Source: an uncultured Phycisphaerales bacterium (GTDB lineage: Bacteria > Planctomycetota > Phycisphaerae > Phycisphaerales > SM1A02). From it: 28,114 nucleotides of DNA. Location: the NCBI GenBank assembly GCA_938084645.1, contig CALKEP010000025.1, positions 1 to 28,114 on the forward strand. Reading direction: 5' to 3'. Below the pieces are notes generated by a model. The model made no database searches. It was not told where the DNA came from and saw only the letters and a program-made list of their open reading frames with translations. Numbering within the stretch: position 1 is the stretch's first letter; each line of letters begins with the position of its first letter. Below are positions 18,218-25,984 of the stretch, one piece after another. A program made the position numbers and the translations under genes.

Positions 18218-20217
18218 GCTGGCTGACGCCGTTGTTCGGAGGGATCGTGCTCGCCTCGGTGATTCCGCCGCTGGTCGCCCTGTACTTCCTCCGCCTGCGC
18301 CGGACCCGTCGATCGATCCCGAGCACGCTCCTCTGGAAGCGGTCGGTCGAGGACCTTCGAGCGAACGCGCCGTTCCAACGCCTGCGTCCGACGCTGCTCC
18401 TGTTCCTGCAGTTGCTCTTCCTCGCGTTGCTCGGGATCGCGCTGATGCAGCCCCGCTTCGACGCGGGTGAACGGCGGGACGGACGAACGGTGATCGTCGT
18501 CGACAATTCCTCGTCGATGAACGTCCTCGACGGCGATGAGACCGGGGAGACCTCGAGGCTCGACCTCGCGAAGGCGTCCGCGATCGAACGGATCGAGGCC
18601 CTGCACGGCGGCGGACTCTTCAGCGGCGATGCCGCCGAGATCATGGTGGTCGCCTTCAACGACGAGGCGGAGATCAGGACACCCTTCACCGATTCCCGCC
18701 AGACGGCGATCGAGGCGGTGCGCGGGATCGAGCCCACCGATGGGACGAGTCGACTCGGCGGCGCCCTTCAGCTTGCGCGGGCGTACCTCACGGTGATCGA
18801 CCCGGACTCGCAGACCGGTCCGGTGGCGACCCCCGCCGCGGTCGAGCTCTGGTCCGACGGACGGATCGACGATCTCGACGAACAGGTGCTTCGGGAGGGC
18901 GAACGGCTCGTGTATCACCGCGTCGGCGCGGTCGACGCCGGCAACATCGGGATCGCATCGATCGCGGCCCAGCGGCCCTACGACGAACCCGGGAAGATCC
19001 AGGTGTTCATCGCGGTGGAGAATCCGACCGCGGAGGCGAGGAAGACGGACCTGCAACTCAGCGTGAACGGGGTGGTCCGCGCGATCACTCCGGTCCCCAT
19101 CGAGATCGGTCCCGAGACCGAGGAGCCGGGACTCGGGAAGATCCCCGGACGAAAGCAATTCGCCTTCGCACCGTTCGAGCAGGAGCGGAACGCGGTGATC
19201 GAGGTGCTGCTGCTCAACAAGGACGCCCAGCCCACCGATGATGCGGCGATGCTCGTGGTTCCGCCCGCGCGTCGCCTCAAGGTCGCACTGGTGGACGCCG
19301 ACTCCTTCGTCCTCCGGTCGATCCTCGAGGGGATGGCGCTGGAGTCGCTGGATCTGCTCACCCTGGACACCTATGACCGGCTCGCCGAGTCCGGAGGACT
19401 CGATCTCTATGACGTCGTCGTGCTCGACGACGCGGCGGTCGAGACGCTCCCTCCGGGACGATATCTCTCCTTCGGAAGGACCCCGCCGATCGCGGGTTTG
19501 ACCGAATTCGGCGATCCGGCGAAGGGCGTCGTGGTTCGTCGCAGCGCGGAGGACCATCCCGTGCTTCGATACGTCAACCTCGATGAGCTCTTCGTGTCCT
19601 CGATGCGGAAGCTCACCACCGGGGCAGGCGTCGAATCGCTCGTCGAATCGGGCGACGGTCCGATGGTCGTTTCGGTCGATCGAGGGGCCATCCAGGTCAT
19701 TCATACGACCTTCGATCCGCTCGACTCCAACTGGCCGTATCTCCGGTCGTTCGTGAATTTCGTGCCGAACGCCATCGAGTACCTCGGTGGTCTCGGAGAT
19801 GCCGTGGCTTCGGCCGGTGTCGCGCCGGGGAGTCCGCTGACTGCTCGGCTGCCGGCGCAGGCGACGGCGTTGCGGGTTCGTCGGCCGGACGGCACCGAGG
19901 TCGCCGTCGAATCGACGGATCCCCTGACGTTCGCATGGGGACCGGTCCGTCGGGCCGGGCTCTACGAGTTGTCGTGGAACGAGCCCGGAGACGAATCGCG
20001 GCGCCGACGGATCTTCGCGGTGAATCAGCTCGATCCGACCGAACGACGGACCGGCGCGGCGGAATCGATCGAACTGAGTCTCGATCGGATCACGGGAGAG
20101 GCGGCGACCGCGGGGGGGACCCGTTGGCAGGACTTCTGGCCCTGGCTCCTCGGCATCTCGCTCGGGCTGATGCTGCTCGAATGGTGGCTCTGGCAGCGTC
20201 AGTCGGCCTCGGGATGA
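18214..20217 (+). CDS. BatA N-terminal domain plus vWA domain membrane protein
   Basis: LYFLRLRR..IPSTLLW, LLLFLQLL..ALMQP, MIDAS VDNSSSM, WSDG and a C-terminal TM (WPWLLG..LLEWWLW). ATGA overlap with the DUF58 gene. Confidence 0.9.
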   Translation: MSWLTPLFGGIVLASVIPPLVALYFLRLRRTRRSIPSTLLWKRSVEDLRANAPFQRLRPTLLLFLQLLFLALLGIALMQPRFDAGERRDGRTVIVVDNSSSMNVLDGDETGETSRLDLAKASAIERIEALHGGGLFSGDAAEIMVVAFNDEAEIRTPFTDSRQTAIEAVRGIEPTDGTSRLGGALQLARAYLTVIDPDSQTGPVATPAAVELWSDGRIDDLDEQVLREGERLVYHRVGAVDAGNIGIASIAAQRPYDEPGKIQVFIAVENPTAEARKTDLQLSVNGVVRAITPVPIEIGPETEEPGLGKIPGRKQFAFAPFEQERNAVIEVLLLNKDAQPTDDAAMLVVPPARRLKVALVDADSFVLRSILEGMALESLDLLTLDTYDRLAESGGLDLYDVVVLDDAAVETLPPGRYLSFGRTPPIAGLTEFGDPAKGVVVRRSAEDHPVLRYVNLDELFVSSMRKLTTGAGVESLVESGDGPMVVSVDRGAIQVIHTTFDPLDSNWPYLRSFVNFVPNAIEYLGGLGDAVASAGVAPGSPLTARLPAQATALRVRRPDGTEVAVESTDPLTFAWGPVRRAGLYELSWNEPGDESRRRRIFAVNQLDPTERRTGAAESIELSLDRITGEAATAGGTRWQDFWPWLLGISLGLMLLEWWLWQRQSASG

Positions 20218-20292
20218 CCAGGCGGGCGCGTCGCCGAGTCGCCCGGCGGGATCATGGCATTCCGATCGTGGCCGGGCTCCCCGGGGGCGTGA

Positions 20293-20958
20293 TCAGTTTC
20301 CGCCGCGAAGCGACTCGAGGAGATCATCGTCGATGCCGAGGAATTCAAGCATGTGGCGGTCATAGGTCTCCTGGTCCTCTTCACGGCTGAAGTCGAGTCG
20401 GAGTTCGTTGATGACCTTGGTCCCCTGGCCGATCCAATCGTTCCAGGTCTCGGAGGAGATGTTCTCCCCGATCCAGGCCCCCACGGCGCCCTTGAAGGGG
20501 GGGGCGTCCATGGCTGTTCCCAGTTTCCCGGTTCGGCGGCAGGTGAACGTCCCGGACGCCGAAGCCTCCTGAGCCGCCGCCTTCGCCGCATCCGATGCTT
20601 CGGGGGCCGTTCGTCCGATCGACTCGAGTGCGTTCACGATCGCGTCTCGAACCATGAGGTCGCCTTTCGACACGGCGATCTCATGCCCCGATTCGAGGTG
20701 GTGGACGGCCTTGTCCTCGAGCCCCGCGGCGATCATCGCCTCGCCGGCGAGTTGCCAGGCCTTGCTCATGTCCGGGTTCAGGACCGTGACCCGTTCGAAG
20801 CTCGACGCGGCTTCCGCGGCTCGATTGGCCTTCAGATAGGCGTTTCCGAGCGAAAAGAACGCCATCTCATTGTCGGGATCGGCGGTGGTCATGTTCTCGA
20901 ACTGGGCGATGCGCTCGAGGAGCCGGGTGTCGTCTTCCGATGTTGGCTGGTTCGTCAT
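20293..20958 (-). CDS. TPR domain fused to YggX-like Fe(II)-trafficking / Fe-S protection domain
   Basis: N-terminal TPRs (DPDNEMAFFSLGNAY, SKAWQLAGEA). C-terminal TC..G..PPFKG..G..I.ENIS.ETWNDW..TKVINELRL..MLEFL matches the YggX pattern. Confidence 0.88.
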   Translation of the reverse strand: MTNQPTSEDDTRLLERIAQFENMTTADPDNEMAFFSLGNAYLKANRAAEAASSFERVTVLNPDMSKAWQLAGEAMIAAGLEDKAVHHLESGHEIAVSKGDLMVRDAIVNALESIGRTAPEASDAAKAAAQEASASGTFTCRRTGKLGTAMDAPPFKGAVGAWIGENISSETWNDWIGQGTKVINELRLDFSREEDQETYDRHMLEFLGIDDDLLESLRGGN

Positions 20959-21061
20959 GGGAGCACATGCTACCCCGCTGACGGTCTCGAAGGTGATGCC
21001 GCGTGCCTGGACCGATCACGATCAGGACGGGGGTCGCCCGATCCGCCCCGTCGCCGTGCGC

Positions 21062-21559
21062 TCAGATCGCGGGGACGAGAATCGTCAGCAGCGTCCGAGT
21101 GGTCGCAAGCATGCCTCGGTCCGCATCGATCCCGGAAAGCGCTTCGAAGATCAGGGCCGAATCACCATTCAGTGGGAGTTCCCGGCCGCACTCGACCACG
21201 TGGCCGACCTTGAGCTCTCCGACAGCGTCCGCCCCGTGGTCGTCGATGACTCGATCGATCCATTTTCGAGTCGATGCGAGGGCCGGTTTGCCCTCGACCA
21301 TGGTTCGCCAGCCGAGAAGCCAGTCCCTCGCCGGCATATCGGGGTTCACCTTGGCCTGATGGCGATAGGTCTGGAGCGGGCTTCGGCGGGCGAGGGCCTG
21401 CTGGACGTCCACCGTGCGAACGCTGAGATACCGACCGATTCGAACACCCGGCAGCACGCCCTGCTTGCGAAGCCGCTCGAGCGTTCTTCGGGAGACATGG
21501 AACCGTCTTGCGGCATCATCGAGCGTAAGCCACTCGTCTTCAGAGTCCTGACTGGTCAT
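21062..21559 (-). CDS. Excisionase-type (MerR-like, HTH_17) DNA-binding protein with unknown C-terminal domain
   Basis: WLTLDDAARRFHVSRRTLERLRKQGVLPGVRIGR is a typical HTH_17 signature. ATG 21559 is preferred over the track start. Confidence 0.8.
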   Translation of the reverse strand: MTSQDSEDEWLTLDDAARRFHVSRRTLERLRKQGVLPGVRIGRYLSVRTVDVQQALARRSPLQTYRHQAKVNPDMPARDWLLGWRTMVEGKPALASTRKWIDRVIDDHGADAVGELKVGHVVECGRELPLNGDSALIFEALSGIDADRGMLATTRTLLTILVPAI

Positions 21560-21734
21560 CAAGGGTGAGATCCACGGAAATCCGAGGGGAGTTCTGACGT
21601 CCGCCCGCGGGGCGAAGACAACAAAAGACCAGCGATGTCGCGATATCACCCCGGAACCAATCTCGAGATCGAACGGTCCTTGCAGAGTTCCATGCGAATT
21701 TTTCGAAGTTCCGACGGTGAATCCGGCGGTTTCT

Positions 21735-21752
21735 TGAGCAGATTTCTGCTCA
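21735..21752. promoter_or_regulatory. Perfect 8-2-8 palindrome, candidate operator
   Basis: TGAGCAGA-TT-TCTGCTCA in the non-coding region about 175 nt upstream of the HTH_17 gene. Confidence 0.5.
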
Positions 21753-21801
21753 CTGGACGTTCGAGCCGTCCAACGCGTCGGTGGGTGCGGAAATGGCGAC
21801 G

Positions 21802-21836
21802 CATCCCTCCGGGATCCAGAGGATCCCGGAGGGATG
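21802..21836. terminator. Perfect 16-bp inverted repeat (terminator or RNA-stabilising stem)
   Basis: CATCCCTCCGGGATCC-AGA-GGATCCCGGAGGGATG, 75 nt downstream of the small ORF stop on the minus strand. No U-tract on either strand. Confidence 0.6.
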
Positions 21837-21911
21837 GCATCGTTCGGTCTGAACGCTTCGAGGTCGCCGTCTCGCCAACGGCTCACGGTTGGTTCGCCGA
21901 TCCGTCGTTCC

Positions 21912-22235
21912 TCAACGGCGAGGTGGTCGCGCCGGTGGCTTCAGATATCGAATCGGGATGAGGAGATCGAGGGGGATCGGGGCGGAGTCCCACTTCGGAG
22001 GCGCCAAAGCCCCCTTGAGCAAGGGCATGCGTGGATCCGTCGAGCGGGCGGCGTCGATCAGGCCGCCCTGGCCGGTATGAAGGTACCGAAGGATGCCTTT
22101 CTTGCGTTGCTCCTCGGCCGCATCGACGGGCACCGTCAGCACGGCGGCCATCAGCAACAGGAGCGGGATCATCATGGCCGGAGAAAGGGACCGGAGTCGC
22201 GGCCGACCGTACAGGCGTGAGTAGAGGCTGGTCAT
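21912..22235 (-). CDS. Small putative secreted protein / propeptide (107 aa)
   Basis: Strong SD AAGGAG 6 nt before the ATG, which lies 15 nt after the regulator stop. Basic n-region, hydrophobic MMIPLLLLMAAVLTV, VDA/A cleavage-like site and Pro-rich basic tail. Confidence 0.65.
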   Translation of the reverse strand: MTSLYSRLYGRPRLRSLSPAMMIPLLLLMAAVLTVPVDAAEEQRKKGILRYLHTGQGGLIDAARSTDPRMPLLKGALAPPKWDSAPIPLDLLIPIRYLKPPARPPRR

Positions 22236-22250
22236 CGGTATCTCCTTTCC

Positions 22251-23498
22251 TCAATTCGCGGCGTCGAAGATGTGAGCGGCATCGAGAATCCGCCATCCGA
22301 CTTCTCGAAATCCCGGGAATCGCCCCATCGTGCCGCTGATCGTCCGGATCTCCTCCTCGTCGAGGAACCAATCGGGTTGCATCCCGGTGAGATCCGCGAT
22401 GCGTTGTCGGCGAAAGTTCTCCAACGTGAATGCGCGTTCGCGGAGGGCCCAATTGCCGAGGACGTTCGCGATCTCCGTGGCCTTGTTGGTGAGGATCGCC
22501 ATGGGACGATGCATCGTGGCTTGATCGAGATGCCGAAGGGCGATGTTGCAGCCGAAGATGGACCACCAACCCCAGGATTCGAGGAGGTCGCCGGACAACG
22601 ACGCGGATTCCGGGTCCACCACCCGTTCAATGCCGGCCAGGATTCGATCGATCGCTTCCTTGGGTTCGATCATCCCCATCGCGACCTCGACTTCCAGCAG
22701 GCCGCCGCGGGCGGTGTTGGCGACGCCTTCATAGGCCGGACTGGGGAAGTCCGCAGCGAGATCGAGATGCAGCTCGATGGATCGACGCAGGTGATCGGAG
22801 GATTCTCGTGCGATCTCCGCGCGGTCGGTGGTCTCGGCATCGAGCTGGCGACGAGCCACGTTGCCTCGGACGTAGTGCGCGAGGGCGAGCGCGACTCTGG
22901 TGGCTTCGCCCCGGTGCGGCCCGAGATCGAGTCTTTCGATGAGGTCTCGAGCGACGGTTCTCGCCTCGAGCAGGTGCCAGAGCGTGTAGTGGGCGTTGGC
23001 GAGATTCGCCTGCAGCATCGATCGCACATCGGTGTCGGTGCATCCCACGGAAAGGCCTTCCTGGCAGGATTCCAACGCCCTTGGGTATCGTCCGAGTCCG
23101 TCCCAGGCACCGACCTCTCGATTGCAGGTGATGGCGTGTTCGCGCGGCGTCTTGGCCACCAATCGCATTCGTCGCGCGATCTGGAGCATCTCCTGATATC
23201 GCCCGGCCTCATGCGCCTTCAGCGATTCGAGTCCGAGTTCCCGGAAGGGGCTCGTTTCGATCCGGTCGGACGAATCCTGATCGCTCCAGACGCTTTCGGC
23301 GACGTCGCCGACGTTCCAGTCGAGGGCATCCGCGAGCCCGACCAGGAGGTCGAGTTTCGGATTCCCGCTTTCGGGGACGATCTTCGACGGATCTCGGCCG
23401 AGCATCCTCGAAAGCTCGGTGCGCGACCACCCTCGGTACATCCGGGCCAGATCGACGAATCGACTGAGTTTCACCCGCTGTGAGTCCGACTTCGCCAT
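22251..23498 (-). CDS. XRE-family HTH plus TPR-like helical domain transcriptional regulator (415 aa)
   Basis: N-terminal LARMYRGWSRTELSRMLG..GNPKLDLLVGLADALDWNVGDV (XRE HTH). TPR-like helices AGRYQEMLQIA, GLGRYPRALESCQEGL, ANLANAHYTL and ALAHYVRGNV. AAAGGA lies upstream of ATG 23498. Confidence 0.82.
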   Translation of the reverse strand: MAKSDSQRVKLSRFVDLARMYRGWSRTELSRMLGRDPSKIVPESGNPKLDLLVGLADALDWNVGDVAESVWSDQDSSDRIETSPFRELGLESLKAHEAGRYQEMLQIARRMRLVAKTPREHAITCNREVGAWDGLGRYPRALESCQEGLSVGCTDTDVRSMLQANLANAHYTLWHLLEARTVARDLIERLDLGPHRGEATRVALALAHYVRGNVARRQLDAETTDRAEIARESSDHLRRSIELHLDLAADFPSPAYEGVANTARGGLLEVEVAMGMIEPKEAIDRILAGIERVVDPESASLSGDLLESWGWWSIFGCNIALRHLDQATMHRPMAILTNKATEIANVLGNWALRERAFTLENFRRQRIADLTGMQPDWFLDEEEIRTISGTMGRFPGFREVGWRILDAAHIFDAAN

Positions 23499-23735
23499 GT
23501 CTTCGATTTCCTTTCGCGTCTCTCGGCCCCTTGCCGACAAGGGCATCGTCATCCCCGGTTGCGACGAGTCGGTGTCGACCTTCTGGGGAAGGCGTCCCGG
23601 TCGCACCGTCATTCAGGGAAAGGCCATTTTTTTCGGATTCCCCGGCCGGGCTCGATGATGGCCCCCGTCGGAACCTCCTCCGTGGCCTCGTCAGGCCGGA
23701 TTGATCGCCTTCCGACGTCGAGCGACAATCAGGAA

Positions 23736-24509
23736 ATGAGCGACGCCTCTCTCGAGATACCGATCGACGATCCTCGAACCGCCGTCCGTGCCGCCGGCAT
23801 CGCGACTCGGCTCGAGATCTGTCGGGCCCTCGACCAGGACGGTTTGACGCCGTCGGTGGAGGTGGTCTCGGGCATTCGCCGCTCGATCGAAGTGGCGGGG
23901 ATCCGTCCGCCCGATCTCGCGGTGCTCTTTCAGGAGACCGCACCTCCTCCGGATCGACGCCGATGCGGGTCGGAGGTGTTCCGCGTCGACGTCGAGGGGC
24001 GCCGCCGACTTCGCGATCTCGCGCCTCGCTACGCCGCAGAGGGTGTCTCGGCGATCGTGATCGGACTCCTCGACGAAGACGGCGAGATCGACTTCGAAGC
24101 CTGCGCGGGCCTCGTCGCGCACCACCGTGAACACGGTCTCGACACGGCATTCCACCGGGCGTTCGACTTCACGCCGGATCCGAAGGCGTCGCTCGAACGC
24201 CTTTCGCGGGCGGGCGTGGTTCGGACGCTTTCGGCGGGCGCCCCGGGCCTCGATCCGGCGGGGCACTCCGATGCCGCCCGGTGCGCACGGCTCGGCGAAC
24301 TGGCAGCCTTCGGTCGGCGGCTCGATCCGCCCGTCGACATCATCCCGTGCGGGGGGATCCGGGCCCACAACGGGGAGCAGTTTCTCGCGGTGACCGGGCA
24401 CCTCCACGCCAGTTGCCGGGTCGCCTTCGACGATGGGGGCGGCGTGGGATTCGACGAGACCGAGGCGACTCGCCTTCGGGAGATGGTGGACGCGGTCGGA
24501 CTCGGCTGA
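23736..24509 (+). CDS. cutC: CutC-like copper homeostasis TIM-barrel protein (divergent)
   Basis: RLEIC..L..DGLTPS, GVSAIVIGLL..DGEID, AFHRAFD, GVVRTLSAG, CGGIR and LHAS follow the CutC motif order. Confidence 0.82.
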   Translation: MSDASLEIPIDDPRTAVRAAGIATRLEICRALDQDGLTPSVEVVSGIRRSIEVAGIRPPDLAVLFQETAPPPDRRRCGSEVFRVDVEGRRRLRDLAPRYAAEGVSAIVIGLLDEDGEIDFEACAGLVAHHREHGLDTAFHRAFDFTPDPKASLERLSRAGVVRTLSAGAPGLDPAGHSDAARCARLGELAAFGRRLDPPVDIIPCGGIRAHNGEQFLAVTGHLHASCRVAFDDGGGVGFDETEATRLREMVDAVGLG

Positions 24510-24544
24510 CGATCGTCGTCGCGGTCCGGTACCCTCTGCACCGC

Positions 24545-25477
24545 ATGACGGTTCTCGCCACCAACCTGTGCGGGGTTCCGCTTCGAAATCCCCTCATCGC
24601 CGCATCCGGCACGGCGGGATACGGTCCCGAGATCGACGATGTCGTGGCGGCGGCTCGCTTCGGGGCGATCACCACCAAGTCGATCACGCCGGAATCGAGG
24701 GAGGGGAATCCGCCGTGGCGGGTCACCGACCTGCCGGCGGGGATGTTGAACGCGATCGGACTCGCGAACCTCGGGCTCGCACGATTCGTCGATGAGGTCC
24801 TGCCCGCCCTCGCCGGGCTCGACACCGTGATGATCGGTTCGATCGCGGGGCATCGGATCGACGATTACGTGGAGGTCGCCGCCGCGTTCGGTGCGCCGAC
24901 CGCGGCGTCGCTCCGCCTCGTGGAGTTGAACGTCTCGTGTCCGAACACCGCCACCGGGCGTCTGCTGGGGTCGGATCCGGTGGATCTCGCCTCGCTCGTC
25001 GGTGCGGCTCGGGCGGCGCTGGGCTCCAAGCCGATGCTGGTGAAGTTGTCACCGGGCGAATCCGACGTCGCCGGTCTCGCGGTCGCCGCGGTCCGAGCAG
25101 GTGCCGACGGCCTGACCGTGGCGAACACCTATCCCGCGATGTCGATCGATCCGGAGACTCGACGAAGTCGGATCGGACGGGCCTCCGGTGGGATGTCGGG
25201 GCCGGCCGTGCATCCGATCGCCGTCAAGCTCGTGCACGACGTCCGCTTGCGACTCGCGGCGGAGGGACTGGCCGTTCCCATCGTCGGTCTCGGCGGTGTG
25301 CAGTCATGGTCGGACGCCGCGGAGTTCGTGCTCGCCGGCGCGACCGGAATCGGGATCGGGACCGGACTCTTCGTCGATCCGGGGACCCCGAAGCGAATCG
25401 TGCGCGGGCTCGAAGGATGGGTTCGTCGTCAGGAGGCCCGGACCATCGGCGACCTGGTGGGGGGATTCGAGTCGTGA
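24545..25477 (+). CDS. pyrD: Dihydroorotate dehydrogenase, family 1 catalytic subunit
   Basis: NPLIAASGT, ITTKS, REGNPPWR, MLNAIGLANLG, ELNVSCPN, VKLSP, GGMSGPA, IVGLGGV and AGAT. Confidence 0.95.
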   Translation: MTVLATNLCGVPLRNPLIAASGTAGYGPEIDDVVAAARFGAITTKSITPESREGNPPWRVTDLPAGMLNAIGLANLGLARFVDEVLPALAGLDTVMIGSIAGHRIDDYVEVAAAFGAPTAASLRLVELNVSCPNTATGRLLGSDPVDLASLVGAARAALGSKPMLVKLSPGESDVAGLAVAAVRAGADGLTVANTYPAMSIDPETRRSRIGRASGGMSGPAVHPIAVKLVHDVRLRLAAEGLAVPIVGLGGVQSWSDAAEFVLAGATGIGIGTGLFVDPGTPKRIVRGLEGWVRRQEARTIGDLVGGFES

Positions 25478-25490
25478 ACGGGAGATCGGA

Positions 25491-25928
25491 ATGAGCCCGA
25501 GGGAGCGGTCGCGATTCGACGAACTCGTCGATGAGGTGGTGGAGGGGCTTCCCGATCAGATTCGGGATCTGCTCGATGAGAAACCTCTGTTCGTCGAGGA
25601 TCGCCCGAGTGCCGAAGTGATGCGTGAGCTCGGCATCACCCCCTCCGAGGCCGACGAGATCTGTGGTCTGCACACCGGACCCATGGCGACGGAGCGGACG
25701 GTCGAGCCCCACAACGGGGTGGTCGAGGCGATCCATCTGTACCGCGAGGGGGTCGTGGCGTGCTCGGGGGGCTGGTCACCGTGGCGGGAGCCGGACGACG
25801 AGGGCCGGATGATCGAAGGTGGCGGCATCGACCTGATCCGCGAGGAGATCCGGATCACGCTGCTGCATGAACTCGGTCACCACTTCGGGCTTGATGAGGA
25901 CGATCTCGAGGGGCTCGGATTCGCCTGA
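25491..25928 (+). CDS. Zincin-like minimal metallopeptidase (DUF1025/Zincin_1 type)
   Basis: FDELVDEVVEGLP, VEDRP, GLHTG, IHLYR and ITLLHELGHHFGLDEDDL (HExxH). GGAG lies upstream. Confidence 0.88.
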   Translation: MSPRERSRFDELVDEVVEGLPDQIRDLLDEKPLFVEDRPSAEVMRELGITPSEADEICGLHTGPMATERTVEPHNGVVEAIHLYREGVVACSGGWSPWREPDDEGRMIEGGGIDLIREEIRITLLHELGHHFGLDEDDLEGLGFA

Positions 25929-25984
25929 CCTCGTCGGGAATCCACCGGATGCCGGGATCCGGGCCCGTCCGCGGCTCGAGGTGA

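Noticed and set aside
20870..21568. 232-aa plus-strand ORF
   Set aside because: Antisense to the HTH_17 gene, which has a clear family motif, and it overlaps the start of TPR-YggX.
22272..23483. 403-aa plus-strand ORF
   Set aside because: Antisense to the HTH-TPR regulator, with no motifs or plausible start signal.
21062..23700. Prophage or ICE call based on excisionase-like and XRE genes
   Set aside because: No integrase, structural, conjugation or replication genes, and no tRNA or att repeats seen.
25945..25962. CCGGAT/ATCCGG stem between convergent genes as a terminator
   Set aside because: Only 6 bp with no U-tract, which is expected by chance in GC-rich DNA.
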